The notes under the pieces: generated by a model
What the model was told of the DNA's origin: nothing
Seen by the model: only the letters and a program-made list of their open reading frames with translations
Databases searched by the model: none
Program-made: the position numbers and the translations under genes
Shown here: piece after piece, positions 24,301-33,800 of the stretch
Layout: every line of letters begins with the position of its first letter
How positions within the stretch are numbered: the stretch's first letter is position 1
From: Fimbriosthenelais zetlandica
Lineage: Eukaryota
NCBI GenBank assembly: GCA_977030845.1
Contig: OZ365115.1
Location: 30,628,001-30,692,000 of the forward strand
DNA length: 64,000 bases
Direction of reading: 5' to 3'

Positions 24301-27300
24301 ACACAAGTCATGTACTTTTTATTTCAATGCCACTTTGTTTTTCTTCCCTATTCCAGGGGTTTCCACAACAGGCATCCATTCTTTTACTCCATCATCCTCT
24401 CCTTCGTATACACCCTTTTGTCTTGATCACGCACATTAAGCTAGTTAATTACATATTAAAAGCTGGGTAACGCTAAAATCCTTGGCCTTTTATTCCTAGA
24501 ATTATTAAGATCTCTGAGAGGCATGCTCAAGGAAGATATGGAAGATGTTGAAAAACTAGAGCTTACCCCCTTGTTAGATGTGATCCGTCCCTGTGAGCAC
24601 CGTAAACTCCACCTTTCTCTACCCCTCTCTCAGGTTGAGCTATATCTCTCAGGTTGAGCTATATCTCTCAGGCTCACTTTGCTATCTTTCTTTGCTTCTC
24701 TTCCACTCAGACTCTTCAATTCTCGTTTACTGTTTAGGCTGGTCTCTGAACAGTTGGTGGTAACAGACAGCTAGACACTCTAGCAGTGACGATCCAACCA
24801 ATACATCCCTCCCTCCCGTTACTTACTGAGCAACACAGCACTTTACTGAAAGCTGATTACTGGGCCACAAGTTTGTTTAGGTTCATCCACAGCTGGTTGG
24901 ATAATAACACTTCCTCGATCCCACCCCCTCGATCCTATTTAATCTTCAATCGCTTTAAATAACCCCCACCCCCAACACACATGATGCTATAAACCTATAT
25001 GCTATAAAAAGGATTACATTTCATATGTTTATGAAAATACCAAAGGTATAATAGATGTAATATATTGGAGGTCATGCCAGTGGTTGGAGGTAACCACTGA
25101 GGGTTCTTTGTCACACCACACTTGCCTTCTATGTGAACCCAGGAGGACGTTACGTCTTGTTAGCTATGCTTAAACAGAGTCAGAATACCTGCGATTCTTC
25201 TTGCCCACATAGAAATTCAACTTATGCCCTTCTCTTACATATTTTAAAGCACAGTGTAAGAGTTCAGAGAATGTGGCTACTAAATCCTGTTATCATATTG
25301 TATTAAATATTTGGAGGGATATATATAATGCTATAAATACTTAAATAGGCAGAAAAAAGGATTTCCAAAATGATGAATTAAATATAATTATCTCGATTTG
25401 TATTTATTCAGTTGTTAAAAAATAAGTAATCCCATTTATACTGCAGCTCAGAAAAAGTCATATCACAACTAGTCATTGTTGTAAATCATTGTTTGCCATT
25501 ATGCTAGGAGGCAAAGAAAACATGTTTTATTGTGAAACAATAGATGGTTGACAGGTCCATGGAGAGGGGAGACATTGTTCTTGGAAATTGTAAAAGTTGA
25601 ATGGAATAAAAGGCTCGGTGTAAGCGAGATAATATGGGTTCTAATCATAAGCCAGCTCATGGTGTAATGAGAGGTGTATTGTAATGTAAGTAGGGTCATG
25701 AAAAGCAAACACACGGATACAAGTACCTGTAATGAAAAGGCCCAGGAAGTAAAGGTGAATACTGGAATACTGTAAGCGTTGTGCTCAGGTGATTGTCAGT
25801 AATATGTGAAAAGGTCCATTGTTACCAAGAATGGTGTTTCAAAATGTACACCAAGAAGTAATGTTTACTTAGTAAGCCGTACTTATATGAGCAACATTGA
25901 TAGCTTGCAATTAAAAAAATCAACTTTTGAAAATGATTTGGTTCTAAACAAACTTGTCTGAGAATAGTAGAATCGGGGCGGGGCGTGAAGAGTTGCTCAA
26001 GTTACAGGCCAGATGGCCCTGCTATCCACTCTCTTCACCTCTACTCAACCCCCACCCCTCCACCTAAACCCCCTCCCCTCAGCCCATCCTTCCAGCCTTA
26101 TCAACCCCCTCACCCATCACACCTCTCCCACCTTTATTCTCCACTCTATCTCATCACTCCAGGTCCAGCCTACCTGTCTCTGTATAAACTTCATATCAGA
26201 CACTTTTATAGGCTTACTCATAGAGCACCGGTAATACCAGACACCCAGGACCGACCCCTATATGCGTAAGATGATCCAGATTCACCCTACAAAAATGTTT
26301 TATACTTGTTGAGAAATTTCTCTCAATATTGTTCCCTAATTTCCATGAAATGTCAAAAATAGGTTGGGTAACAGTGGTATGTTTTTCCTTGGCATAATTG
26401 CAAGAAAAGGGTACTTTTATACTAAAAGCTAACATTGAAATGGGCCTGATATTGAGGAAAAGGAACATAAATAGACCTAAGTACCCACGTTAAGTGCCCC
26501 CTCTCTCCCCTAGGGATCCAAGGTGAACCGACATGGAGCAAACAGACACGTGTTTGTTAGTGACTTGACATAACACCAATCATGACATGGTCATGCATCA
26601 ATGATCACACATGGCTCGTGTTAGATATAATCAACCTGGCCTGATCCCGAATATATCGATATTACTCCAGGGTCTGGGGAGAGATATTACATTTACTCAT
26701 GTGAAGGGTTCAAAACAATTTGTGCTCAGTGTTTTTACACAAAAAAAAATTATACTCTCATGGAACATCTCATTGGGAATCTGATATTTAATATTACTTC
26801 AGTGAGTTATGAAACTATAATTAGACTTGGAAGTTTCTATTTGAACATTAGTTATCTTTTATGGTATAATGTTATTTTTTCATGATGGATACGTGCATTT
26901 AAAATTGACAGGATACTGACAAACGGATTCATCATTAGGACATTTAGCGTCACAGAATTGACAGATGATTTTGATTTACAGCGCATCCAAAGTGACAGCT
27001 AATATGAAGCGAATTGATTGAAGTGGAAATACCTTTACGTTTCGATAGTTAATTACTCAGGTTGTTTTGTCACAGACAGGCTTCAATTTAAATTGCTGAT
27101 TGAACTTTGGCAATATTAATAACGTTGCAGGTACATGTATTAGGGATTTCTCCCCCCACCTCCTCCCTCCCACCCCAGTATGACGTCAGAGCTTGACGGA
27201 GAGACCCATCCATCCGCCTACGTTGACAGATTTCAAAAAGTTTTAGATATTTTACTGGCATTTTGACGCTCACCCAATATGAGCGATTTAATGTCGACCC

Positions 27301-28497
27301 ACGCTGGCATCTTTAATCTTCGTAAACGAGTGAAAAATGATTTAACTTAAACTTGTCTGCGTGATAGCAATCCAATAAGGGAATAATGCCGACGGGGTAT
27401 ATTTTCCAATTTAAATCTTTAGTGTAAATGTCAGGGCTATAAATTGTTCATATATGAAATATATTTTTAACATATGAGATCGGAGGGGAAAATTTAATTA
27501 TAACATTCCAGTTGCCATGGAAATAGTTCGGTCAAGGTCATAAATCGGTAGGTGTCGCTTCAATGAGAGAAATATATAGTGAGACCCCTACAGGAGGTTG
27601 TCTGAACTAAGAGCAAAACTTTGACTCAGTAGTTCTATGTTTGTCCGTTGGGGGACGTGGCGGTGCATAATGGCTGAAGTCATTGTTTTCCATTCACTAT
27701 ACAATTCGGTCCCTTTTTACATGAACAACATAAACTATCAGAAATATATCATACTTGTTTTTCATAGATTACAAAAGGTTAGTTAAAAGAGAAATTAAAA
27801 GAAGAGAGATGGGGTAACGAAGCGTAGCCCAAGTCTAAGAGCTGCAATATAGTTCCATCTTTTTTTAAGCATATGGTTCTATTCAAACGACTAGGAATTA
27901 TGTTCACACTCATACGTCCTCTTGCCCATTATAAACTTTCACAAAAAGAGATAAAATAGGAGCCTCGAGGCGGCAAAAACAGGTAAAATCAAAGACTCGT
28001 CACATCACACAATGAGGATAATATTTCTTGCGTGTCTCTGCATCCTGGTTTGTTTCTAGCCAAAAAAGCAAGGCTGATGATGGAGAGAGGAGGAGGGTTG
28101 GTGGGAGAAAACATAGAAAGCAAAATAAACCACTCTCAGCAGAAGTGGCAGAAAAAAGGCACGCGTATAAACCAATTCACTGTAGGTGTATAATTCAAAA
28201 GGGACAGATATATCCCCAAGGAATATGCACATATCTAACATGAATTATTTAATTAAATGTCAATAATTTTACTTCCTAAATAGCCTAAGTGAATTCATAT
28301 CTTTCCACTCAGAAGACATCAAACTGAAAATTGTGCTCTATTTCACATAAAAATAATTAGTTCCTGAAAATCAATCTGTGAGTAGACGTACCTTAGCGCT
28401 CTCATTGGTGATGGTATCTTTCTGTAAGGCCGGGGGTGTCCCCGGGTCAGGGGGCGCATGGCCCTCACAGTAAAGCTGGCCGTCCATCGCCTGCTTC
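206..28497 (-). CDS. RAP1GAP: Rap1 GTPase-activating protein (Rap1GAP family) with two N-terminal GoLoco motifs; multi-exon, partial at the 3' end (continues beyond position 1), 5' end uncertain
   Basis: 14 exons joined with canonical GT-AG boundaries and consistent phases: 28497-28392, 13331-13248, 6698-6477, 4766-4689, 4406-4215, 3946-3764, 3560-3423, 3262-3162, 2846-2717, 2573-2418, 2311-2153, 1963-1694, 702-617, 319-206. Hallmark motifs: [42 protein letters not shown] (catalytic Asn thumb), [26 protein letters not shown]. GoLoco motifs and the lack of a visible PDZ point to RAP1GAP rather than SIPA1. Confidence 0.96.
617..702 (-). CDS. RAP1GAP: RAP1GAP exon ([28 protein letters not shown])
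   Basis: Acceptor tttttttctgacag| at 704-703, donor |GTAAGT at 616-615. 86 nt, phase 0 to 2, which exactly bridges the phases of the flanking exons. Confidence 0.85.
1694..1963 (-). CDS. RAP1GAP: RAP1GAP exon after the GAP domain ([15 protein letters not shown]...[20 protein letters not shown]...)
   Basis: Acceptor ttccccag| at 1965-1964, donor TTG|GTATGT at 1693-1692. 270 nt, phase 0-0. Resembles the ERTRAALLETLYEEL / GFFESFKR segment of vertebrate Rap1GAP. Confidence 0.9.
2153..2311 (-). CDS. RAP1GAP: RAP1GAP GAP-domain exon ([14 protein letters not shown]...ADRFAKLE)
   Basis: AG at 2313-2312, donor GAG|GTGAGT. 159 nt, phase 0-0. Near-identical to family motifs. Confidence 0.97.
2418..2573 (-). 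CDS. RAP1GAP: RAP1GAP catalytic exon ([34 protein letters not shown]...)
   Basis: Acceptor ctttcag| at 2575-2574, donor |GTAAGT at 2417-2416. 156 nt. Contains the Asn-thumb motif KRHIGND. Confidence 0.98.
2717..2846 (-). CDS. RAP1GAP: RAP1GAP GAP-domain exon ([43 protein letters not shown])
   Basis: AG at 2848-2847, donor CAG|GTAATT. 130 nt, phase 2 to 0. Confidence 0.97.
3162..3262 (-). CDS. RAP1GAP: RAP1GAP GAP-domain exon ([34 protein letters not shown])
   Basis: Acceptor tttttcag| at 3264-3263, donor |GTAAGT at 3161-3160. 101 nt, phase 0 to 2. Confidence 0.97.
3423..3560 (-). CDS. RAP1GAP: RAP1GAP exon ([46 protein letters not shown])
   Basis: Acceptor tttttcag| at 3562-3561, donor CAG|GTAAGA. 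138 nt, phase 0-0. Confidence 0.97.
3764..3946 (-). CDS. RAP1GAP: RAP1GAP dimerisation-domain exon ([35 protein letters not shown]...AKLAK)
   Basis: Acceptor tctctcag| at 3948-3947, donor AAG|GTTAGT. 183 nt, phase 0-0. Confidence 0.96.
4215..4406 (-). CDS. RAP1GAP: RAP1GAP exon ([23 protein letters not shown]...CYRRHFSGK)
   Basis: Acceptor tcttttctag| at 4408-4407, donor AAG|GTAAAT. 192 nt, phase 0-0. Confidence 0.96.
4513..4560. repeat. (GA)n/(GGGA)n purine microsatellite
   Basis: Directly visible. Reads as a CU-rich tract on the RAP1GAP pre-mRNA. Confidence 0.9.
4689..4766 (-). CDS. RAP1GAP: RAP1GAP linker exon ([26 protein letters not shown])
   Basis: Strong acceptor tttctgtttttctag| at 4768-4767, donor GAG|GTATGT at 4688-4687. 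78 nt, open, phase 0-0. Its terminal E|M junction sits where vertebrate Rap1GAP has HE|VL. Confidence 0.82.
6477..6698 (-). CDS. RAP1GAP: RAP1GAP exon: second GoLoco motif ([28 protein letters not shown]) plus Ser/Thr/Gly-rich linker
   Basis: Acceptor ggttccag| at 6700-6699, probable donor CAG|GTGATA at 6476-6475. 222 nt, phase 0-0. Q-x2-R-L-(D/E)-D-Q-R GoLoco signature. Confidence 0.85.
13248..13331 (-). CDS. RAP1GAP: RAP1GAP exon: first GoLoco motif ([28 protein letters not shown])
   Basis: Acceptor ttttttcag| at 13333-13332, donor CAG|GTAAGT at 13247-13246. 84 nt, phase 0-0. Closely resembles vertebrate Rap1GAP DLFEMIEKMQGSRMDEQRC. Confidence 0.93.
16503..16516. promoter_or_regulatory. 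RFX X-box (GTTTCCATGGCAAC)
   Basis: Exact match to GTTNCCATGGNAAC, next to an ACGTCA half-CRE and a CCACGCCC KLF/SP box (16577-16584). Confidence 0.55.
20150..20163 (+). promoter_or_regulatory. CTCF-like motif (GCACCAGGTGGCGG)
   Basis: One mismatch to CCRSYAGRKGGCRS. Confidence 0.35.
23560..23920 (+). mobile_element. Decayed non-LTR retrotransposon (LINE, CR1/L2/Jockey-type) reverse transcriptase fragment
   Basis: Translation gives FLAW...SQEEW...[11 protein letters not shown] (23779-23868), matching the LINE RT motif S-x-W-x3-SGVPQGSxLxP. Flanking sequence is frameshifted and degenerate. Confidence 0.5.
24626..24672. repeat. 19-bp tandem repeat, about 2.5 copies (TCTCTCAGGTTGAGCTATA)
   Basis: Exact unit repeats at 24626, 24645 and a partial copy at 24664. 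Confidence 0.9.
27511..27524. promoter_or_regulatory. RFX X-box-like (GTTGCCATGGAAAT)
   Basis: One mismatch to the consensus. A full CRE TGACGTCA lies at 27181-27188. Confidence 0.45.
28392..28497 (-). CDS. RAP1GAP: RAP1GAP N-terminal exon ([35 protein letters not shown])
   Basis: Strong acceptor tttgtgtctgttttcag| at 28499-28498, donor AAG|GTACGT at 28391-28390. 106 nt, GC-rich against an AT-rich background, ends in phase 0 compatible with the GoLoco1 exon. Internal GCGATGG at 28487 could be a start codon. Confidence 0.72.
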
Positions 28498-29342
28498 CTG
28501 AAAACAGACACAAACAAACACTCAATGACAATATTAGAGTCAGAATCACATATGCAAGATAATATGATAAACAGTAAACGAGTATTCAAAAGATTTAAAT
28601 TCGATAAAGTATGATATCACATTATCATTTACATATCTGATCAAGAGATCAAGATTATTTTCGAAGTTTTATTGAGGAAAATCCATATTTAGTCTATCTT
28701 AGGCCAGTATTATCAGCTGAAGCAGAGATGTTGGACGGAAGTCTAGATCGTATCTAACTACTGATAAGGATAAATCATCAAATTTAGATAGATGAACGCC
28801 CAGAACTCGTCATACGGATACCAACCAACAAAGTGATCTCATTGATTCACATGTAAATCTAAATTAAGCTACTGACCAAGCGTTTGTTTGGGATCAACGG
28901 AAACCAATAATTCCTATATTTATTTTTATAGGCTAACCATATTCTAACTTTAATTCTGCTTATATCATACATGGTTAGGAAGCCCCATAAACCGCAAAAT
29001 AATTCCTTCCTGTATTTTTTTTATGTTTTCAGGAAAGTCGATCTGTGTAAAGTAAACATACATTGTATTATGGTTTATTCATTTAAACTATATAACGATA
29101 AATTACCTTTTTGAATGAGCAACAGTTTTTCTTTCAAAACCATATTCAAAACCTATTCTAGACAGGACATTTTAATTCTGTAGATTCATATTTATCACCT
29201 GGGGGCATTCAGAACATAATTCAGAAAACTAGTCGAGTCATATTATAGATTTTTAAAATAATAGAACAATTGATAGAATCCAAATGTTATGAGGGCATTA
29301 TGTGATGGAGCCATGACATATAACATCTCACGCGAACCCACG

Positions 29343-29356
29343 CCGCTAGGGGGCCC
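29343..29356 (+). promoter_or_regulatory. CTCF-like motif (CCGCTAGGGGGCCC)
   Basis: One mismatch to CCRSYAGRKGGCRS, in a locally CpG-rich patch. Confidence 0.4.
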
Positions 29357-30529
29357 GTGAACCTATCAACTTCTCGTGACAATAAGGTCTGACCTTTGCA
29401 AGGTCATGAAATTGACCTTGATGTCAGGGGCAGAGCAAGGCCTGTCATATAGCACTGACCTATATGTAACGCCTAGCAATTATAACACCCCACTGGTCCG
29501 AGCATAATGGCAAACGGAATAAATCAGATCTGCTAAAGGGCAAGTTAAACCATATTGTCTTGATTATGTATTTCCCCCAAAGTCCCCATCAACCCTCAGA
29601 AAAAGCTGAGGATGTTTACACGTTAGGTTTCCATACATGCAGAGGAAACTGACTTCTCCGAAAAACTCATTTCATAAAAAATATTTCCTATACCGTATGT
29701 CATCACATATTAACTCATGATTTCATTGATAAAAAGGGAGATTTTGATCAGGCTATTCCATGCCTTGTGGCAATTCGGTTACTCAAGAAAATTATCCAAA
29801 AGAAACCTAATATGGAATATAAGGTTCATCCAATAGCTTGAGAGTTTATTGGAGGAAACATGTCTATTTGGGATCCTTTTTTCTATGGAAACATTTCCCC
29901 TCGTGTCTTGGTAACATAAACATGAGTGTGGAGAGGCGGCCTTATATAAGGAAGCCTGGAGGGGGAAACATGGGGCCAAATACATGTCTGCAGGGGAGGA
30001 TTCTGGGATACATCTATGTAGATCACGTGGTATTTAGCTTGGCACGATGTAAGCTGCATTCTGAGAAAAGAAGATTGAGGCTGCATGGTGTGTGCTGAAT
30101 GGGGGTATACTGGGGGCGTATATTATTATTGGGGCTCAATATTATAACCCCGGAGATTATTATCCAGGCACCCAGAAATGGATCAGTATTTTTATAAGAC
30201 CATTATATTAATTAGATTGAGAACGGCTTATAGCATGATTTGCTAGCTCTCCTTTATTGATAGGAATGTACGCGTAGTAATGTCAATCCGTTATTTGGAG
30301 AAGATTGACCCTAGGTGTGAAGCATTTCTAACGATAATATGGTATTTGATAAATGGTTGTAATGTCGGCTACCTGGATGTGATATATGCCCATGCCTTCC
30401 ATGTAAGAAGGTGGTCAAACAAGGCCTTTGGTCAGTGTGTGTTTTACCACCTAGACACTTACATCACATGATATGTGAGAGGCAGGGTGATAATGCCAAA
30501 CTCGGTACAAAAAGCTGCTCACAGAGAAG

Positions 30530-30676
30530 AGGTACGATCCGGAGGGAGATCATGGGGGGTCAGAACCCCCCTTTTAGAGATGTTTTTGTTGTTTCTCAAA
30601 TAGTTTTTTGGGAACCCCTTTTCACATGGCTGACCCAAACTCAAACCCCCTTTCCAAATACTTGGATCCACCCCTG
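30530..30676. repeat. Short (about 150 bp) interspersed element with degenerate terminal inverted repeats
   Basis: Right end TGGATCCACCCCTG, degenerate left end AGGTACGATCCGG, internal GGGGGGTCAGAACCCCCC hairpin and further AACCCC(C) motifs. Recalls the common GGGGCGGATCC...GGATCCGCCCC short repeats of invertebrate genomes (from memory; family unassigned). Confidence 0.35.
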
Positions 30677-30843
30677 GGAGGAAGGGATCAAAAAGGGCGT
30701 GTATGGATGGTTAAAGGTTATATAGGTTCCGTGATGGGTGGGAAACAGTGATAAGGGTGTGGTCACCAGATTAAGTAAAAATAGAAACAATTCATGATAA
30801 CAGTCTCCAAATCACCACCAGGAACTGTAGTATATATATACGA

Positions 30844-30858
30844 CCCCCCCCCCCCCCC
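30844..30858. repeat. Poly-C run (15 nt)
   Basis: Directly visible. A second C13 run lies at 59911-59923. Confidence 0.9.
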
Positions 30859-33800
30859 ACACTTCTCTATATATTCTATACTGACCACTCTCATCTGCCA
30901 GCCATTACATGGAGGCTCTGACCACTGTCTGGTATCTATAAATCTCCACGAGAGTGGTCTAACTGAAGTAACAAGGGGCGGGGTGTAGGCTGCTTATCCA
31001 TGTCATCATAATGACAAACATTCCCTATATTATACAAGCTTCTGTATGCCTCTTCCATTTAGGCAACTATAAGTTGGAGAAAGTTCTAATTTGTTTTTAC
31101 CTGGTAATTTCCCATCCAAGGTCAGGTGTGAAGATTACAATGTCTTTACATAGATAAGATAGGCGCAACATCCTTGACCTGATTAAACATAAGCATGACA
31201 AATATTTATTTTTTTATGGGGATTTACTTGTGTATGAATAGGTACGTCAGCCCACCCCTTTATCATATAACCTGGTAAAACACCGTCATAAGCATTAGAT
31301 ATACTATTAGCCCTCCATAAATCTAGATAAGTGTAGGCTTATGTAGAGCCCTCCTTATGTAAGGAGTATATATAATGTCTGAGAGACTAAAGGCACATCT
31401 CAGTGAGCTTGGCAGGTCCTCTTAATCCATACATTTATATAAATAATACCGGTACTTTACTAACACACATACATGTCACATCTCGGCCCTATCTTATACT
31501 GCAGCATCCTATTCAAGAGGATGCATTTATTCGACACTTACAAGGGATGAGGGGAATTATTTATGCTATTTTCCATACTATCAAAGTAACTTATATTTCC
31601 TTAGATAAGACTATAATATTCCAATTAATACATATAATATAAGACAGTATGTATACATGGAGAACACAATGTCCCAAGACTGATATCAACAGAAATTATT
31701 CAGAAAAGCCACCTGCATATCGAAACCATATCTCATATTTTACAACTCGGACATATCTCGTTTAAAGTGGCTTGTTGGTAACCACTTATCTAATCATTAT
31801 CAGTTTCTCAGTATAAAAATCATTATCAGTATAAAAAAACGCTTTCCATGGAGATCGCATGTGAGTAGGGTTTAACCTTAAGTTAACAGATCTAGACTAA
31901 TAGTGTGTGACAACGCATATAATAAACATCAAATCAAAGTCCAGTATATCAGAGAGCCACACACACCTCCCCTCAACCTGGACCCCTTTTAACTAGCGAT
32001 AACAACCCAGTGATTGATGTCTCCTGAGTAAACCAAGTCACTCAATAAAACATATCTAGTCTCTTAAGCACCCATCTTTTACCCACCACAGGAATGATCA
32101 GAGGATCAGAGATATCCATTGTTAGGTCCCTTAGTTATTCCAACGACTATACAATGGTAAACTCAAGACCATTTTTCAACTAGTATATCACATTAGTAAA
32201 GATTATCACTGTATCAATATGTTTAAAAAATTGGTCCATTCCAGAGTTAAGACTGATATTATTTAACTTATTTAACTATACTTACAGCTCGCCCATGACC
32301 ACATGCCATTTGGTAAAATGTCTTTCCATCTTTAATGATTGAATTGTCTCTAATCACAAGACCTGATCATATGACAGGGCAACAATGAGCTAATTACAAT
32401 GCATCATCCAAATATGTAAAAAGGAAATGATGTAATCCAAAATTGGCTCGTGTTGATGAAATTTATGATGGATTTTTCGTGATCATCCTCTGTTAATGTG
32501 TCCCTATTGACTCTAAATTCTTTCTAAAAATGATTTCTTGATTAATATATCAACAATCAGGTTGAGTATCCTTTATATCTTAGAGTAAAATTTATATTAT
32601 GTGAAAGCCATTACTGCTTAAATACTATCCAAATATGTATGAATTTTTTATGAAGTACACATGTATGATTTGCTCGAGTAACAGTCCATGATATGTTGGT
32701 GGTAATTTCATGTGAAATTCTGATCAATCTTTTGAGTTAATCCTTGCGTGTTTGATACTGAATTACTGGGTATATGTGGAGATATGTATGTATAGAGCCT
32801 CCTCCAGTGTCTATATGATCGACTCCTAGTGGTATCGTGCTCATGGTATACTACAGAGAGAGAGGGATATGAACTGATATGGTATCACTCACTTCTGGAA
32901 CCACCACCAACCACAACCTCCTAGTCCTGGACTTCATCCTTCTACACTCCCCCCAAAATCTGCCTCCCCTTTCCTCATCATGTTGCTCGCCCTTTCCCTT
33001 CTCTTCCTTCTTCCTAATTACTTCATCAACATTTTCTTTTTCTTTCATTCGATCCACAGCCTTTCCTTCCTCCCCACGCTGTATATCCCCATTCTTAGAA
33101 GTTCCTTTGGTCGATGCATTCAAGACGTCCATCTATAGGTCTTACTGATATAGTTTCAATACCTCTATACTTGGTATGAACGTGATAAAGGAATAGACCA
33201 TATAAAAATGTTGGCCTAGATGAGATGAATATCCCATTATTTTGTGGTTGCAGACGGAAATACGTCATATATGTGCGAAAATAGCTGAGGGGGGAGTGTT
33301 GGGGGAGTTCACGGATATGAAGTGCAACAGATGTAAACTAGTACACCGTCACTTCCGGTATTGCTACGTTCGCTTTTCTTCTATAATATTTCTGTTCAAA
33401 GATACTGCAAGATACGAGTCTGTACGACAGTAAACTCAAGGCAATCGATAATCTTCATGACTGGGAAATTGAGCTTGATTCGAGGACTTTCAATTGTCTC
33501 ATATAAATATCTCATACATTTATATGTTAGCATCGTAAGCCTATATAATATTGCTGAATGAATGGTTCCATTGCAGCTCCTCTCTCTGCATGCTATATTT
33601 TGCCTGCATGGCGTGGGCATTTGAAGTTGTCAAAGGAGAAGGTGGAGGAAGGAATGGAAGCTCTTAGCTGCCATCTTCCCCCCAAATCACAGGGATTTGT
33701 GCCAGTCACCTGAGTCTACTGAGCCAGAAGAAGATTTAGCTCGGGGCTACTCCGGAATCTATTTCTATTTTGGGATCATTTGTTCTCTCTTTTACTTGTT

